64,000 bases of DNA from the human T2T-CHM13v2.0 reference genome, Homo sapiens, in NCBI RefSeq assembly GCF_009914755.1, contig NC_060942.1, one strand, 5' to 3'. Below, piece by piece: positions 41,176-58,479 of this stretch (its first letter is position 1; each line of letters begins with the position of its first letter). The notes beneath the pieces were generated by a model, which did no database searches, was not told the origin of the DNA, and saw nothing but the letters and a program-made list of their open reading frames with translations. Position numbers and translations under genes: made by a program.

Positions 41176-43485
41176 GGTGCAACATTTGTTGTCAATCAGC
41201 GGAGTTTTTATCCAGCCTTCACAATCAAGAATAGATATGTGATCAGATAGTAGATAATGTTAAGAGTTTCACTTTGAAACAAAAATGTCCTATTCCTCTT
41301 TAAAGCTTTAGGGTTAATGAAAGAATACCCAGAGACCTCAGGGTAAACTTTTTAAGAAAAAAAAAAAAAGAATAGTTAAGGTTTGCAAACGCATCTCTGT
41401 GGGACTTAATATTATCTAGCTATTGTAAATCCAAACAAAATGCTGAAACAAACTAAGCTGAGGGTAACATGACTACAATCACCACTCAGAATCCCAACTT
41501 TGAAATCTTTGTTCATTCAACAGCCCCCTTTATTACTGAATGGCCTTGTAATTGTTGAATGTATAAATGATTAGCTATTTAAAAAAACAAAACAAAACAT
41601 CTTGTGTTTTTGGAAAGAGTAACCCGACTACTTGATTGATGTAATTAAAGCGCCGTGTACCTTCTTCACTGATTCACTCAATCAGCGTGTATTTATTGAG
41701 CTACTCATATGTGCCCACACTGTTTCAGATACTAAGGAGATACTTGTAAAGAGAACTCCCTGTCTTCATGGAGCTTACCTACCAAGACAGTTAAAAAGTT
41801 TCCATGATACTCTTTTGGATAAGATGAAGATTAGGGCAATAAGTTAATAAAATTAAATACACTCAATGATTTTAAACAATACTCCATGGTAGATTCAAGA
41901 TTCCAAAATATCTCAATGGTAGAAGAAAAGAAATTTTACATGATCACAGTTAATTGGTGCAAATAAAATGCTATGTTGAAGCTGAATGAGCTTCGGGAGC
42001 CAGAGTAACAACACAGGAGGTCCGACAGGAAAGCAGAAAAGTGTAATGGGACTAGATTATAGACTCTGACGAAGTTCAAATCTCAGTTCCACCACTGACC
42101 AGCTGTAGAACACTTGGCAACTTACCTAACTGGCCCCTGCCTCAGTTTCCTCATCTGTAAAATTAAGATAACAAGAATGCTTAATAAAGAGCTAACTTAC
42201 CTGATGCTAGAGCTTGAACTTGTAGCAGTCTGTTAACTAGTGATGCTTGTGTAAAGAAGGGAATGCCCCCATCCCTACAAGAATTCAAGCAAAGTTTGGG
42301 TAACATTCAGATAAGGGTATTGTAGACAGGATTTCTGTTTGAGATGAGAGATTAAATTTGCTTCTAGACCCTGAAACAAACTTTTCTAAGATCTCACCGA
42401 AAGACTCATGAGCTCTAAAATCCAACAACCAATGTAGAGAAAATACAGAGGAGAGAGGACAAGATGACCCCACGCAAGGATACAATGAACAAAATCTACG
42501 TTGTGGGAAACTCCACCACCCATTTTCTTCAATAAATACACTGAGAGAGGGAAAAGAAGAAAAAGACAGATGAAAAGGGAAACTTGCTTTGAAAAGAAAT
42601 GTAAAGACATAACCAAAAATAATGTGTGAACTTATTTGGCCCCCAATTCAAACAAAATGAGACAATTACAAATTTGAACACTGAATATTTTGTGATATTA
42701 AAAGTTGTTTTTTTAATAAGATAGTGGTATTTTTTTTTAAGAATCCTTATTTAGAGATACATATTCGGCCTGGACAACACAGCAGCATACGGTGGAGGGA
42801 GAGGTAGAAAGACACTGATACAGATGTTCAATCTGGGAACTTCCAAATTCCCTCATACCCCAAAGCCAAGAAGTGAGGATAATGAAGGTCCCATTTAAAC
42901 TAAGAAACTTGGACAAATAAAACCTTCTTGGGCTCTATAAATTAGGTTGGGAAACTATATCAACTTGCTCTCAAACTAAAATAACAGCAGATTCAACAAG
43001 CATCTATAGGATCTATATAAGCAACAGAGGAAATAAACACAGCCTCTCTGGGAGCAAACAATGCAGCTTCATGGGTTACACCCCATCCCCTTACTCTGCT
43101 TTATTTTTCTGAACAGCCAACATTGTATAAACCAGATATATTTATTTATTCTCTGGTTCCTCAATGAAATAGACAGCTCCATGAGGTCAGAGACCCGGGT
43201 CAGTGTTTTTTGCAGTCACAGCCCAAGCTTATAGGATAATGCCTGTAATATAGTAGGTGCTCCATAAATATGTGTTAGTTTAATGAAAAGGAGAAAATAA
43301 CAACAACAGCAACCAGAGGATAAGAAATGAGTTACGCTGAAACCTCAGAAGAAAAGCTAAATCAAAATTGCCAAAAGAATTTTAATACACAGCAATCAAC
43401 AGTAGACAACAGGAAAATTAATCACCTATTTTTTAAAAAAGAACAGAAATCCACTGGGGGAAATGCATGAATGAAAAGAGAGCAA

Positions 43486-43785
43486 GCCAGGCACAGTAGC
43501 ACACGCCTGTAATCCCAGCACTTTCAGAGGCCAAGGTGAGAGAATTGCTTGTGGCCAGAAGTTCAAGATAGCCTAGGCAACATCACAAAACCCCATCTCT
43601 ACACAAAATACAAAAATTAGCCAGGTGTGGTTGCGCATGCCTATGGTCCCAGCTACCCAGGAGGCCAGGCAGGAGGATTGCTTGAGCCCAGGAGGTTGAA
43701 GCTGCAGTGAGCCATGATCACACCACTGCACTCCAGCATGAGCGACAGAGTGAGACCATGTCTCCAAAAAAAAAAAAAAAAAAAA
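43486..43785 (+). mobile_element. AluJ
   Basis: Full diverged Alu with A tail. Confidence 0.92.
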
Positions 43786-44085
43786 GGCTGGGTGCAGTGA
43801 GTCACACCTGTAATCCCAGCACTTTGGGAGGCCAAGGCAGGAAGATCACTTGAGGTCAGAAGTTCAAGACCAGCCTGGCCAATATGGTGAAACCCCATCT
43901 CTACTAAAAATACAAAAATCAGCCAGGCATGGTGGCGCATGCTTGTAATCCCAACTATTTGGGAGGCTGAGGTGGGACAATGGCTTGAACCCAGGAAGTG
44001 AAGGTTGCAGTGAGCAAGATTGCGCCACTGCACTCCAGCCTGGGGGACACAGCAACACTCCATCTCAAAAAAAAAAAAAAAAGAA
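43786..44085 (+). mobile_element. AluS inserted in the tail of the previous Alu
   Basis: Starts immediately after the A run; aagagagca flanks the pair. Confidence 0.93.
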
Positions 44086-44856
44086 GAGAGCAGCCTGACA
44101 TTAAAAGATCTACAAACGACTAGAAATGATTAAGAAATAAACTAAAAATGCAATAACAGCTAAAACATACACTACAATAGTAAAAGAGGAGAACTGGCAG
44201 TGTAGAAAACATTGAAATCAATCATACAAAGGAAGAAATATGAGAAAAGAACAGAGACAAAAAGATAACAGAAAGTAAAGAACAGAGATCCAACCTGAAC
44301 ATTACAGGTGATCAAGAGGTAGGGAGAAGAAACTAAAACACAAAATCAGAGCCATAATGAAAAAAAGAAAAAAAAAAACCTTCTGAACTGAAAAAGATCT
44401 TCGTACACCAATCAAAACACCTCATCAAATTATAGGAAAAACCATAAAGAGAAAAAGCATAATGAGAAATATTTATCACCAAGGGTTAAAGGAAAAAGTC
44501 TCATGAACAAAAAGAAAAAAGAAAAAAAAAAAGGACAAATGAGGCCACAGAACTTGGAGATATCCATAGGTTAAAATGCCAAAACAAGAAGTGAGGATAC
44601 CCGGCTCCTGAAAAGATTGTATTTATATGCCAAAGGGCTAAAGAGCACACTCTTTCAGGAGAGGATGGTACAGCTGCTTTTTTACCCTTTATAAAGCTGG
44701 CAAACGTTTTTCCTCATCCCTCACCTACAGGGAGTCTGACTATCATAAAAAACAACTGACCTGGCTCTCACCACATCATCCTAGTGGGTTAAGAACTAGG
44801 ACAAAGAAGGACCAATGGACGTCTTATTTACTGTGAAGTATTTAATAAGAAATCTG

Positions 44857-45554
<698 letters not shown>

Positions 45555-46384
45555 AAAAAACTCTTTTAAAAGGCAAAGAGAGCACCTTACAAGCAGCAGG
45601 AAAAAATTTCTCATGATTTTCAGGGGAACAATAATACAATTAACGTCAGATTTATCTGAAAAAAATAGAGACCAGAAGGCAGTAGAATAATATGTTCAAA
45701 GTGCTGAAAGAGAAAAAAAATGTTAACCAAGAATTCTATATCTAGAAAAACTATCCTTTGAAAATGAAGGGATCAGGAGAGAAAGAAACAACTTTACACT
45801 GAAGAAACTTGATAAATAGTACCTCAGCCAAGTGATCAACATCAACACCATCAGTGATAAGTCATATTAATAGCATGTCCCCTTGATACGGTGTGTTGAG
45901 AACAGCACTTCACCTCCATGGTCTTCCTTCCACAAACCTATAACCCCAGTCTAAGCATGAGAAAGCCATCAGACAACTCAAATTGAGGAACGTTTTGGAA
46001 AATACCCTACTAATACTCCCCAAAATCATCAAAAGGCATAAAAAATGTGGGAAATCTGAGAAACTGTTGCAGACCAGAGAAATACATGATGACTAGATGT
46101 CATGTGGCACCCTAGGTGGGATCCTGGAACAGTGAAGGCAGATTAGGAGAAAGTTAGTGAAAGTCTGAGTGAAGGGTGTAGTTTAGTCAATAAAATTAAC
46201 ATAACCTCATTTTACTGTGCTTTGCTTTATTGTGCTTCAAAGACATGGCATTTTTTACAAATTGAAGGTTTGTGGCAACCTTGCAGTGAGCAAGTCTATC
46301 AGCACCATTTTTCCAACAATACGTGCTCACTTCATGTCTCTGCATCACGTTTTGGTAGTTCTTGCAAAATTTCTTCGTATTTAT

Positions 46385-46656
46385 TTACTTTTTTTTTTTT
46401 TTTTGAAACAGAGTCTCACTCTGTCACCTAGGCTGAATGTCGTAGTGTGATCACAGCTCACTGCAGCCTCAACCTCCCAGGCTCAAGAGATCTTCCCATC
46501 TCAGCCTCCTGAGTAGCTACTCAGGAGTCACCATGTCTGGCTAATTTTCTTTTAGTTTTTTGTAGAGACAGGGTCTTGCTATGTTGCTCCTGGACTCAAG
46601 AATCCTCCCGCCTTGGCCTCCCAAAGTGCTGGGATTACAGGCCACCATGCCCAGCC
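46385..46656 (-). mobile_element. AluJ with deletions
   Basis: Reverse Alu; ttcttgcaaWatttc duplicated on both sides. Confidence 0.85.
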
Positions 46657-46722
46657 AATTCTTGCAATATTTCAAGCATTTTACTGTTATATCTGTTATA
46701 GTGATCTCTAATCAGTGATCTC

Positions 46723-47013
<291 letters not shown>

Positions 47014-47500
47014 GAATCCGTGATCTTTGATGTCATGTTGTCACCAGCAAGAAGATTATGACTCATTAAAGTCTCAGATGATGTGTTAGCATTTTTTTGC
47101 AACACAGTTATAAAATTAAGATACATACATTTAACACGTTATTGCACATTTGATAGACCATAGTATAATGTAAACATAACATTTATAAGCATGGGGAAAC
47201 CAAAAAATTCATGCAACTCACTTTATTGCAATACTGGCTTTATCTCAGTGGTCTGGAACTGACCCACAATATCTCTGGGGTATACCTGTACCAATGTTGA
47301 TTCCTTAGTTGAAATAAATGTACCATACTAAAATAAGATAATAAAATAGGGGAAATAGCTGAAGAGTATACAAGAATGCTCTATACTAGCTTTGAAACAG
47401 TTCCATAAATCTACAGCTATTCTAAAATTAAAAGCTTGTTTTAAAAATCTCAGTAGATAGTTTTAACAGCAAATGGGACATATCAAAAGGAAAGATTAGT

Positions 47501-47796
<296 letters not shown>

Positions 47797-48741
47797 GGAA
47801 AACATTAGAAACTAAAGATGAATTAACAGAAAATATCTCATTGAAGGTCAGAGAGAAAAAGAATGTAAACTACAAAAGAAAAAAGGCCTAACAAGTATAT
47901 GGGACACAATGGAAACAAAACATTGAACAGAAGTGTAACAAGCGTCCCAGGAGGAGAGGAGAGACAGAATAGAACAAAAATTTTATATATAAACACATAA
48001 TGGCTAAGAATTTTCCAATACTGATAAAAGACACCAACTCACAGATTTAAGAATCTCTACAAACCTCAGGCGACAAAAAAACAAAGAAAACCTCTCCTCA
48101 GCACATCACTCTAAGGCTACTGAAAATCAAAAGATAAAAAGAAAAACTTAAAAGCAGCCGAAGTTAAAAATTCCATTATTTTCAAAGAAGCAACAATAAG
48201 GTTGACTGCTTTCTTCACAACAAAAACAAGAAAAGCTAGAAAATAACGAAATGACACCTTTAAAGTACGGAAAATAAATTAACGTCTATCTAAAATTCTA
48301 TATCCAGCAAAACATATGCTTCAAAAGCCAAGAAAAAAAATAGAACATTTTCAGACAAAAAAAAAAAAAAGAAAAAAGAGAAGGAAAATTGTTGCCAGTA
48401 GACCAGCACTTAAAAAAATTTTTTTTTCAAAAAGGAAACTAAGTACACTCACATAGCCCTTAAAGTTGATATGCACTTATACTTATTGATGTGAAGAGGT
48501 TCCTGACATGTTGCTGCGTGTAAACAAAATATAAATAATACCATTTATATGAAATTGTCACAAAAGATTAGCAGTGATTACACATGTACTGTTTAATATG
48601 AGATGATTTTTATTTTAGCCATACCATCACATTACTGGAATTTGGGGCAATAAATGTATATCTTGTTTTGCTGTTCCCAAAAGTATTTTTAAACATGTAA
48701 CACATTCCTGATACAATGTCAAGTGAAAAACACAGATTAAA

Positions 48742-48775
48742 ATGTGTGTGTGTGTCTGTGTGTGTGTGTGTGTGG
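48742..48775. repeat. (TG)n microsatellite, interrupted
   Basis: tgtgtgtgtgtgtctgtgtgtgtgtgtgtg. Confidence 0.9.
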
Positions 48776-48959
48776 TGGATGATATATATATAAATTTATA
48801 TCTATTGAATAAGTAGTAGAAGAAAAAATACAAAAATATCAACAATGCCTATGTCAGGGTTTTCAAATTATGAGCAATTACTACCTCATTTACATTTTAG
48901 TATGCTTTCCACATTATGTATAATGAGTAAATATTACTTGCTTTTTTTCGCCCCTAGAT

Positions 48960-49270
48960 TTGGAGTCTTGCTGTATTGTCCAGACTGGAGTCCAGTGGCG
49001 CCATCATGGTTCCCTGCAGCCTCAAATTCCTGGGCTCGATCAATCCTCCTACCTCAATCTCGCAAGCAGCTGAGACTACAGGCACATGCCACCATGCCTG
49101 GTTAAGTTTTTTCAATTTTTTTGCGTGTAGATGGGTAAGATGTAGATTTTGTAAGAGATGGGGTCTTATTATGTTGCCCAAGCTGGTCTTGAACTCTGAC
49201 CTCAAGCAACCCTCCTGCCTCAGCCTCCTAAAGTTACCAGTATTACAGGCATGAGCCACCACTCCCAGCT
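48960..49270 (-). mobile_element. AluJ
   Basis: Diverged reverse Alu with extra linker sequence. Confidence 0.85.
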
Positions 49271-49580
49271 ACTTTCAGTTTTCTTAATGTAATTTTTTCT
49301 TTGTTTTCTCATTGCTTTGTTATATTTTTGTTTTTTCATCTTTTAATTTTATAATTTTTTTAAAAACCCAAAGTCACCTTAAAAGCCATTATCACAGTAA
49401 CTACACTAATATTGTTACATAAAACTCCTTAATTTTCAGCACTGAATTGCGACATGGCTTTTGAAAGCCAGCTCTATTTAGCAAAAAATTCCCTAAGCTA
49501 TGGTTGTAAGGCAAGACAACTACTACAATAACACCTTTTCATTATCAACATAGTTTGTTTTTAAAAACAAAAATATTTGG

Positions 49581-49890
49581 GCCCAGGCACGGTGGCTAAC
49601 ACCTGTAATATCCCAACACTTTGGGGGTCCAAGGTAGGAGGAGGAAGGCTTGCGGCCAGGAGCCTGAGACTAGCCTCGGCAACACAGGAGACCCCCATCT
49701 ATACAAAAATAAAATAAAATCATTAGGCAGGTGTGGTGCCATGCACCTATAGCCCCAGCTTCTGAGGAGGCTGAGGTGGAAGGATCACTGAAGCCCAGGA
49801 GATCAAGGCTGCAGTGAGCCACAATGGCACCAGTGCACTCCAGCCTGGGCAGCAAAGCAAGACTCTATCTCTTTAAAAAAAAAAATAAAT
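49581..49890 (+). mobile_element. AluJ
   Basis: Diverged Alu with A tail. Confidence 0.88.
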
Positions 49891-49946
49891 CATCAAAAAC
49901 TGTTTTTAGCAAAATAGTTTATATGGGAGTTATCCATACAGCTCGA

Positions 49947-50246
<300 letters not shown>

Positions 50247-51034
50247 TAGACAGCCTGATTTTAAAACAGAATATTGTTCTCACTTATTACATTCCTGTAC
50301 CCTAGGTATTTCACAGACACATTGTCTTACTTTTCAAAGCACCAATGCAATCTAAGTATAACTGCCTGCATTTTAAAAATATATACAATTTCCTTCCAAT
50401 TGCTATGAACTTGAAAGTTAAGCATTTGAGAAACAAGACCTGAAAAGGGTAACATTTGCTGACATAAATGGTTTGCAATGACTACATGACACACATTGTA
50501 CTGAATATTTCATATTACCTAATTTTTCCTTATAAGAATCCTGTAAATAGTTGTCCTTATCCTCAATCTATATGAGGAAATTAAGGCTCAGCTAATAGGT
50601 AGCACAGCTGAAATTAAAATCATAAAATGATTCTGGATTCCATGATCTTTGCCATAATATCAAGTTGTTATGGAAACTTCCTAATATACATTCTTAATAG
50701 ATTTTAATATTGTTCTGGTGAACATAGTCAATAACAGCACTTGGTAAATCACATTATTTTCAGTATTTCAAAATTCACAAAAAGAACAAGACGAAAGAGT
50801 GTCTATGGCTTAGCAGAGTCCATTACCACTACTGCAGATATAGCCAAGCATGTGTCATATTGCTATTGACTGAAGGGTACCTTCTAGCAGCATCTGTGAA
50901 TGCCACAAATAGAAAAAATTATTACTATTGCTATCAAAGAAGAGTAATTACTTCATTAATTCAGTTCATATTATACTATCAAAATCTAAAACAAAATTTG
51001 AAAACAACACCCCACACACATTTTTCCCACTTAC

Positions 51035-51087
51035 CTAATGACCTGCAGACTGAAATGGTTGCTTCCTCCAAGAGTTTCAACTCACTA
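51035..51087 (-). CDS. DYM: Dymeclin coding exon (exon 3), 53 nt, phase 2 to 1
   Basis: Acceptor tattcttctgtctctccag|TAGTGAG and donor ATTAG|gtaagt; translates SELKLLEEATISVCRSL, in frame with the next exon. Confidence 0.96.
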
Positions 51088-52119
51088 CTGGAGAGACAGA
51101 AGAATAAAGGTAATTAATGACTATAATACTAAATATGTACATGCTAATCAGTTAAAGAAATATATAAAGATAAGAAAAATAATTTAGAAGAAAAATATGG
51201 TGCACAGTAGTGAACAATAAGATCAGCAAAAAAAAAAGTTAGGCTTCAATTTTCAATATAATTAGGAAATTTACTGTATTTCTAAATATGAGACTCCTAA
51301 AGAGAAGAGCTTGGGGCACCCTGCCTTTCAGGCATTAAGGCAGCAGGGAGACTTAGAAAAATTCAAGAAAGGCACTCCAAAGTAGAGAGCTCAAGGCAAG
51401 GGCCCTGTGTGCCCAATTCTAAAGGCAGTACTAATTATAGTTTAGAAATATGCTATTATTTTTAGGAAATACATGGAGTGTCATGATTGCTACAATACTT
51501 TCAAAAAGTTCTAGAAAAAAAGGAAAAGGAAGAAATAAAGCAAGAAAAGAGAGACGATACATATATGTTTTGGTGGTTTATAAATATATAGAAAAAAGAT
51601 ACAAAGATACAAACATACAGAAACAGATACAGAGACAGACTCAAGATGACACAGAGAAAAGAGGCACAGATAGACAGAGACAGAAATAAAGCTTAGAAGA
51701 AAATATGTTTCTTGAGATTGCATTTGACAACAATTTCTTGGATGTGACACCAAAAAGCACAGGTATCAACAGAAAAAAACAGACATGCTGGACTTTACCA
51801 AAATTAAAAACTTCTGTGGATCAAAGGATACTATCTACAGAGTGAAAAGTCAACCCACAGAATGGAAAACAGTACTTGTAAATCACATATCTGATAAGAG
51901 ATTGATATCCAGAATATACTTTTAAAACTCCTACAACTCAACAACAACAAAAACCAAACAACCCAATTTTAAAATGGACCAACGACTTAAATAGCCATTT
52001 TCCAAAGAGGATATAGAAATGGCCAATAAGTACATGAAAACATGCTCAACATCACTAGTCATTAGTGAAACACTAAAACCAGAGCGAGATACTACTCCAC
52101 ACCCATTGGGATGGCTTTT

Positions 52120-53243
<1,124 letters not shown>

Positions 53244-53609
53244 TAGGGAATTTCAATATATGCTACAACATGAATGAACCCTGAAGACATTATGCTAAGT
53301 GAAATAAGCCAGCCACAAAAAGATAAATATTGTATGATTCCTCTTATATGAGGCTCCTAGAGGAGTTAAACTCAAAGAGAAAAAGTAAAAAGGTGATTGC
53401 CAGGGGCTGGGGATGGGAGAATAGGGAACTAGTGTTTAGTCAGTATAGAGTTTCAGTTTGCCAAGATTAAAAAGTTTTAGAGATGGATGGTGTTAATGAT
53501 TGCATGATAATGTGAATATACTTAATGCCACAGAACTATATACTTTAAAATGGTTAAAATGATTATTTTACATTGTGTATATTTCACCACAATTTTTTTA
53601 AGTGCATTT

Positions 53610-53804
53610 CAACTCCAGTTCAACTACTTACTAGATAGTTGAGCTTGGGCTGGTTTGTTAAATCTTTATGTCTGAATTTCCTCATATATAAAACAGAAAT
53701 AGTAACAGTACCTTCATAAGGTTATTATGATTAAATTAATTATATGATATCGATAAAGCACTTAGAACAGTGCCTGGCACAAAGTAAGTCCTCAACAAAT
53801 GATA
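53610..53804 (+). mobile_element. MIR (3' end split by the following L1)
   Basis: tttcctcatatataaaacag...aaagcacttagaacagtgcctggcacaaagtaag. Confidence 0.75.
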
Positions 53805-54780
53805 GATTCTGTTTCATTTGTCTGTTTTTTTTTATACCAGTACCATGCTGTTTTGGTTACTATTGCTTTGTAGTATATTTTGAAATCAGGTAACGTAATA
53901 TCTCCAGATTTGCTCTTTTTGCTCAAGATTGCTTTGGCTATTCTGGGTCTTCTGTGTTGCCATAGAAATTTTAGAATTTTTTTTCTATTTCTGTGAAAAA
54001 TATCACTGGTATTTTGATAGGGATTGCATTGAATCTGTAGATCACTTGAGATAGCATAGACATTTTAACAATATTTATTCTTCCGATACGTAACAAGGGA
54101 TATTCTTTGCATTTATTTATGTCTTCTTCAATTTTTTTCATCAATATCTTATAGTTTTCATTGCAGAGATCTTTACCTCCTCAGTTAAATTTATTGCTAG
54201 GTTTTTTTAATAGCTACTGTAAATGTATTACCTTATTTCTTTTCCAGATAGTTCAACAGAATAAAGAACCCAGAAATAAATCCACACATGATTTTTGACA
54301 AAGGCATCAAGAACACACATTGGGGAAAGAACAATCTCTTCAACAAATGGTACTGTGTAAACTGAATATTCACATGCAGAAAAATGAAACTAGAACCCTA
54401 TCTCTAACCACTTACAAAAATCAACTTAAAATACAGACTTAAATGTACTACCTGAAACTATGAAAACTACTAGAAGACACTTAAGTAAAATGCTTCAGCA
54501 CATTGGTCTGGGCAAGGACTTGTTGGATAAGACCTCAAAAGCACAGAGAACAAAAGCAAAAATAGACAAATAGGATTATATCAAACTAAAAAGCTTCTGC
54601 ACAGCAAAGGAAAGAACAAAGTGAAGAGACAATCCACAGAAAAGGAGAAAATATTCACAAACTATGCATCTGACAAGGGACTCATCCAGGATACATAAGG
54701 AACTCAATGGCAAAAAAAAAAATCCAATTTAAAAATGAACAAAATACCTAAATAGACACCTCTCAAAAGAAGAAACACAA

Positions 54781-55114
<334 letters not shown>

Positions 55115-55261
55115 TCACCACTAATCACCAGGGAAAAGCAAATCAAAACCACAATGAGATATCACATCACCCAGTTAGAATGGCTATTATTAAAAAGACA
55201 AAAAATTACAAATGTTGGCAAGGATGCAGAGAAAGGGAAACTCTCATACAATGTTAGTAGG

Positions 55262-55670
55262 TGCTATAATTTGGATGTTTGATCCCTACAAACCTCATAT
55301 TGAAATCTGATCCCCAATGTTAGAGGTGGGGCCTAATGGGAGGTGTCTGGGTCATGGGGGCAGATCCCTTATGAACAGACTGATACCCTCCCTCAGAAGT
55401 GGGTAACTTCTCACTCTATTAGTTCCCATTAGTACTGGTTGTGAAAAAGAGCCTGGCACCTCCCCGCCCCATTGCACCCTTTCTCATCATATGTTCTCTG
55501 TACACACCAGCTCCCCTTCACCTTCTGCCATGAGTGGAAGCAGCCTGAGGCCCTCATCAGATGCAGATGCTGGTACCAGCCTGCAGAAGTGTGAGCCAAA
55601 TAAACCTCTTTTCTTTATAAATTACCCAGCTTCAGGTATTTCTTTATAGCAACACAAAACAGACCAAGAC
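55262..55670 (+). mobile_element. MST-family MaLR solo LTR
   Basis: tgctataatttggatgttt...ccccaatgttagaggtgggg...aataaacctcttttctttataaattacccag...agaccaagac. Confidence 0.85.
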
Positions 55671-55778
55671 GTTAGGAAAGTAAATTAGTACAGCCATTAA
55701 GGACAACAGTAGGGAGGTTTTTCAACAAATTAAAAATAGAACTACCATATAATCCAATAATCCGACTGTTGGGTATAA

Positions 55779-56010
55779 ACATTGAGCATCCCTTACCCAA
55801 AATGCTTGAGACCAGGAGCATTTCTGATTTCAGATTTTTTTTTCCGATTTTGAAATATTTGCATTATAGCTGAGCATCCCTAATCCAAAAATCCAAAATC
55901 CAAAATAGTACAGTGAGCATTATCCTCTAAGCATCACGTCAGTGCTCAAAAAGTTTTGGATTTTAGAGCATTCTGGATTTCAGATTTTTGGATTAGGGAT
56001 ACTCAACCTC
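55779..56010. mobile_element. Tigger4a (MER46A/Zombi) MITE
   Basis: Inverted ends ttgagcatccctta / tagggatactcaacct with TA flanks. Confidence 0.8.
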
Positions 56011-57134
56011 TATATCCAAAGAAAACAAAATCAGTATGTCAAAGAGATATCTGCACTCTCATGTTTACTGCAGCACTATTCACAATGGCCAAGATATGGA
56101 ATCAACCTAAGTATCCATCAATGGATGAATTTTTTTAATGAGGTACATATACACAATGGAATACTATTCAGGCATAAAAATAAATGAAATCCCGTCATTT
56201 GCGGCACCTGGATGAACCCACAAGACATTAAGTGAAATAAGTCAAGCACAAAAGACGAATAACACATGATCTCACTCATCTGTGAAAACTTAAAAAGTTG
56301 ATCCCATAGAGATAAACAGTAGAATAGTGGTACTGAAGGCTGGGTAGGACAGGCAGGGAGAGGGAGAGAGGTCAACAGGTATAAAGTTACATTAGATAAA
56401 AGGGATAAGTTCTAATGTTCTATTATACAGTAAGGTGACTAGAGTTAACAATAATGTACTTTACATTTCAAAATGGCTAAAATAATTTTGAATGTTCTCA
56501 CCACAAAGAAATAACAAGTGTTTGAGGTGATGGATATGCTAATTGCCCTGATTTAATCATTACACTATGTATAATGCATCGAAACATCATATGGTACCCC
56601 ATAAATATGTACAATTATGTGTCAATTAACAAAATAAAACTTTTTAAAAATGATAACTATTATTGATTCCAAAATGTAGTAATTTACCCATAGATGATAA
56701 ATTAAAATAATGCTTCACATTTGTTTAACCCTTTAAATATCTTTCAAAACACTTTCAAATATATTGGTGCAATTAAATTCCATGAAAATCTCTTCTGTGG
56801 GACAGGACCATTATAAATCTTATTTTTACAGATAAGCAAACTGAGGCATCCAAGGAGTTTAAAGTAAAATTCCAGGAATCAGAAGTCTGAGAAGAACAAG
56901 AACTGGCTTTAGAGCCTGGTGACTTGGTTAAAAATTATGTTTTCTTTTTTACCAATACACATGGTGCAGTAAATCCTCCAAATGGGCAACTCTTTTGTAC
57001 CAGCTTTAAAACCCATACCCCTCCAGGGTTCTTTTCTGTTGCTGGTGAAGTGCACTTTTTAAAAGAGTAATTCATACCATCAAGATTTTTGACAAGAAAA
57101 TTTTAGAAAAACTGTGGAAGAAAACTGATTGCTC

Positions 57135-57410
57135 TTAGTTCTAGCCATGTGTAATTGCTGACCACCTGAAATGGTCCAAACTGAGATTTGCTAAAGCATA
57201 AAATACATACCATATTTCAAAGGTTTTTAAAAGAATGTAAAACATTTCATTAATTTTATATTCATATAACGATTATATCTGGGAAACTGGGGTTAAATAA
57301 AATACATTAAAATTAAATTCACCTTTTTCATTTTACTTTTTCAATGTGGCTACTAGAAAACCTTAAATTACAAATGTGGCTTATCTTGTATTTCTGCTGG
57401 ACAGAGCTGC
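57135..57410. mobile_element. MER33 (hAT-Charlie)
   Basis: ggttaaataaaatacattaaaattaaattcacc...aatgtggctactagaaaa...ggacagagctg. Confidence 0.7.
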
Positions 57411-57639
57411 TAGAACCTCCCAGCAATTAAAGAGTGTCATGCATAAAAATCATATATACACACAAAGCTAAGACTTACTAACTATAGTGAATATCCCGTT
57501 ACCTTAAGAGTCTCAAATTATATGCATATTTTAAAAGACATCGTCTTTTTAAAGTTAAATTTTTTAAGTTTCACCTAGGACTGACTTTTTTTAACAAAAT
57601 AACCTAGAAGTGATCCTATGATATAGTTTAAGGGTAGTA

Positions 57640-58212
57640 GTTTATGGAGACTCACCATATTAGATATTTATAAGGTGTCTGCCAGCCTTACAATGTCTCT
57701 CTGCTGTCTGTCTCTCTGTCTGCTGCCTCCCTACCCCTTTTTCTATCTTCCCACCTACTTTTCGGAGGTGAGCAGAGGCAGACAGATATGTGCAGCATGT
57801 CTCCGCTCCTGGCCACAGCTGACTAGTCCAGGGATAGACATCTAACCCAAGCCTAGCCCAAGTCTTAGAGAATTTAGAATTGAGATGGAAAGACAGGCTT
57901 TCCATTTGGCTAGAACTTGGCTGCATAGTTTAGGGCTGTGGGAGGCCACCCTCTACCGACAGAGTGGCAGAGAAAGCCAGTTAGTAAGAAAGATGAGTAA
58001 AAGCTTTGCAGAAAGAAAGACATAAACAGAAAGGACCCTCAGGATTGCTGATGGCTTTCCAATTCCTGGGACCAGTTCTTCCAGAAGCCTGAGTGTGTTC
58101 CTGATCTTGGATTCTATGAGACACTCCAGTGTCTTCATCACATCTTCCCCTTTTTCTGGCATATAGTAAGTAAAACTGATTTTTGTTGACAACCAGAAGA
58201 CTTCTAATTAAT
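57640..58212 (+). mobile_element. Old ERVL LTR (LTR16/LTR33-like)
   Basis: cctggccacagctgactagtccagggatagacatctaacccaag...gacaaccagaagacttctaattaata. Confidence 0.5.
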
Positions 58213-58479
58213 AAATCACTGTGGTCAGATTTAATGATACACATTAGTAGTTGGCAAGAAATGGGAACTATGAATTACTCGGTTTATTGGTTACTCAGAC
58301 AAAAAGTAAAAGAGGTATAAAATGCAAAGGATTGTAAAAAGCTTTATGAAATTAATAACTAGACCACATGCATAAAATCTATTTCACTTTCTTCAGTCAA
58401 TGGCACTCTCTTTTAAAGCTGACTGGAACCAAGAGTTTCAATTATACACATATGGCTGTAATCTTCGAAGCTGCTAAAT

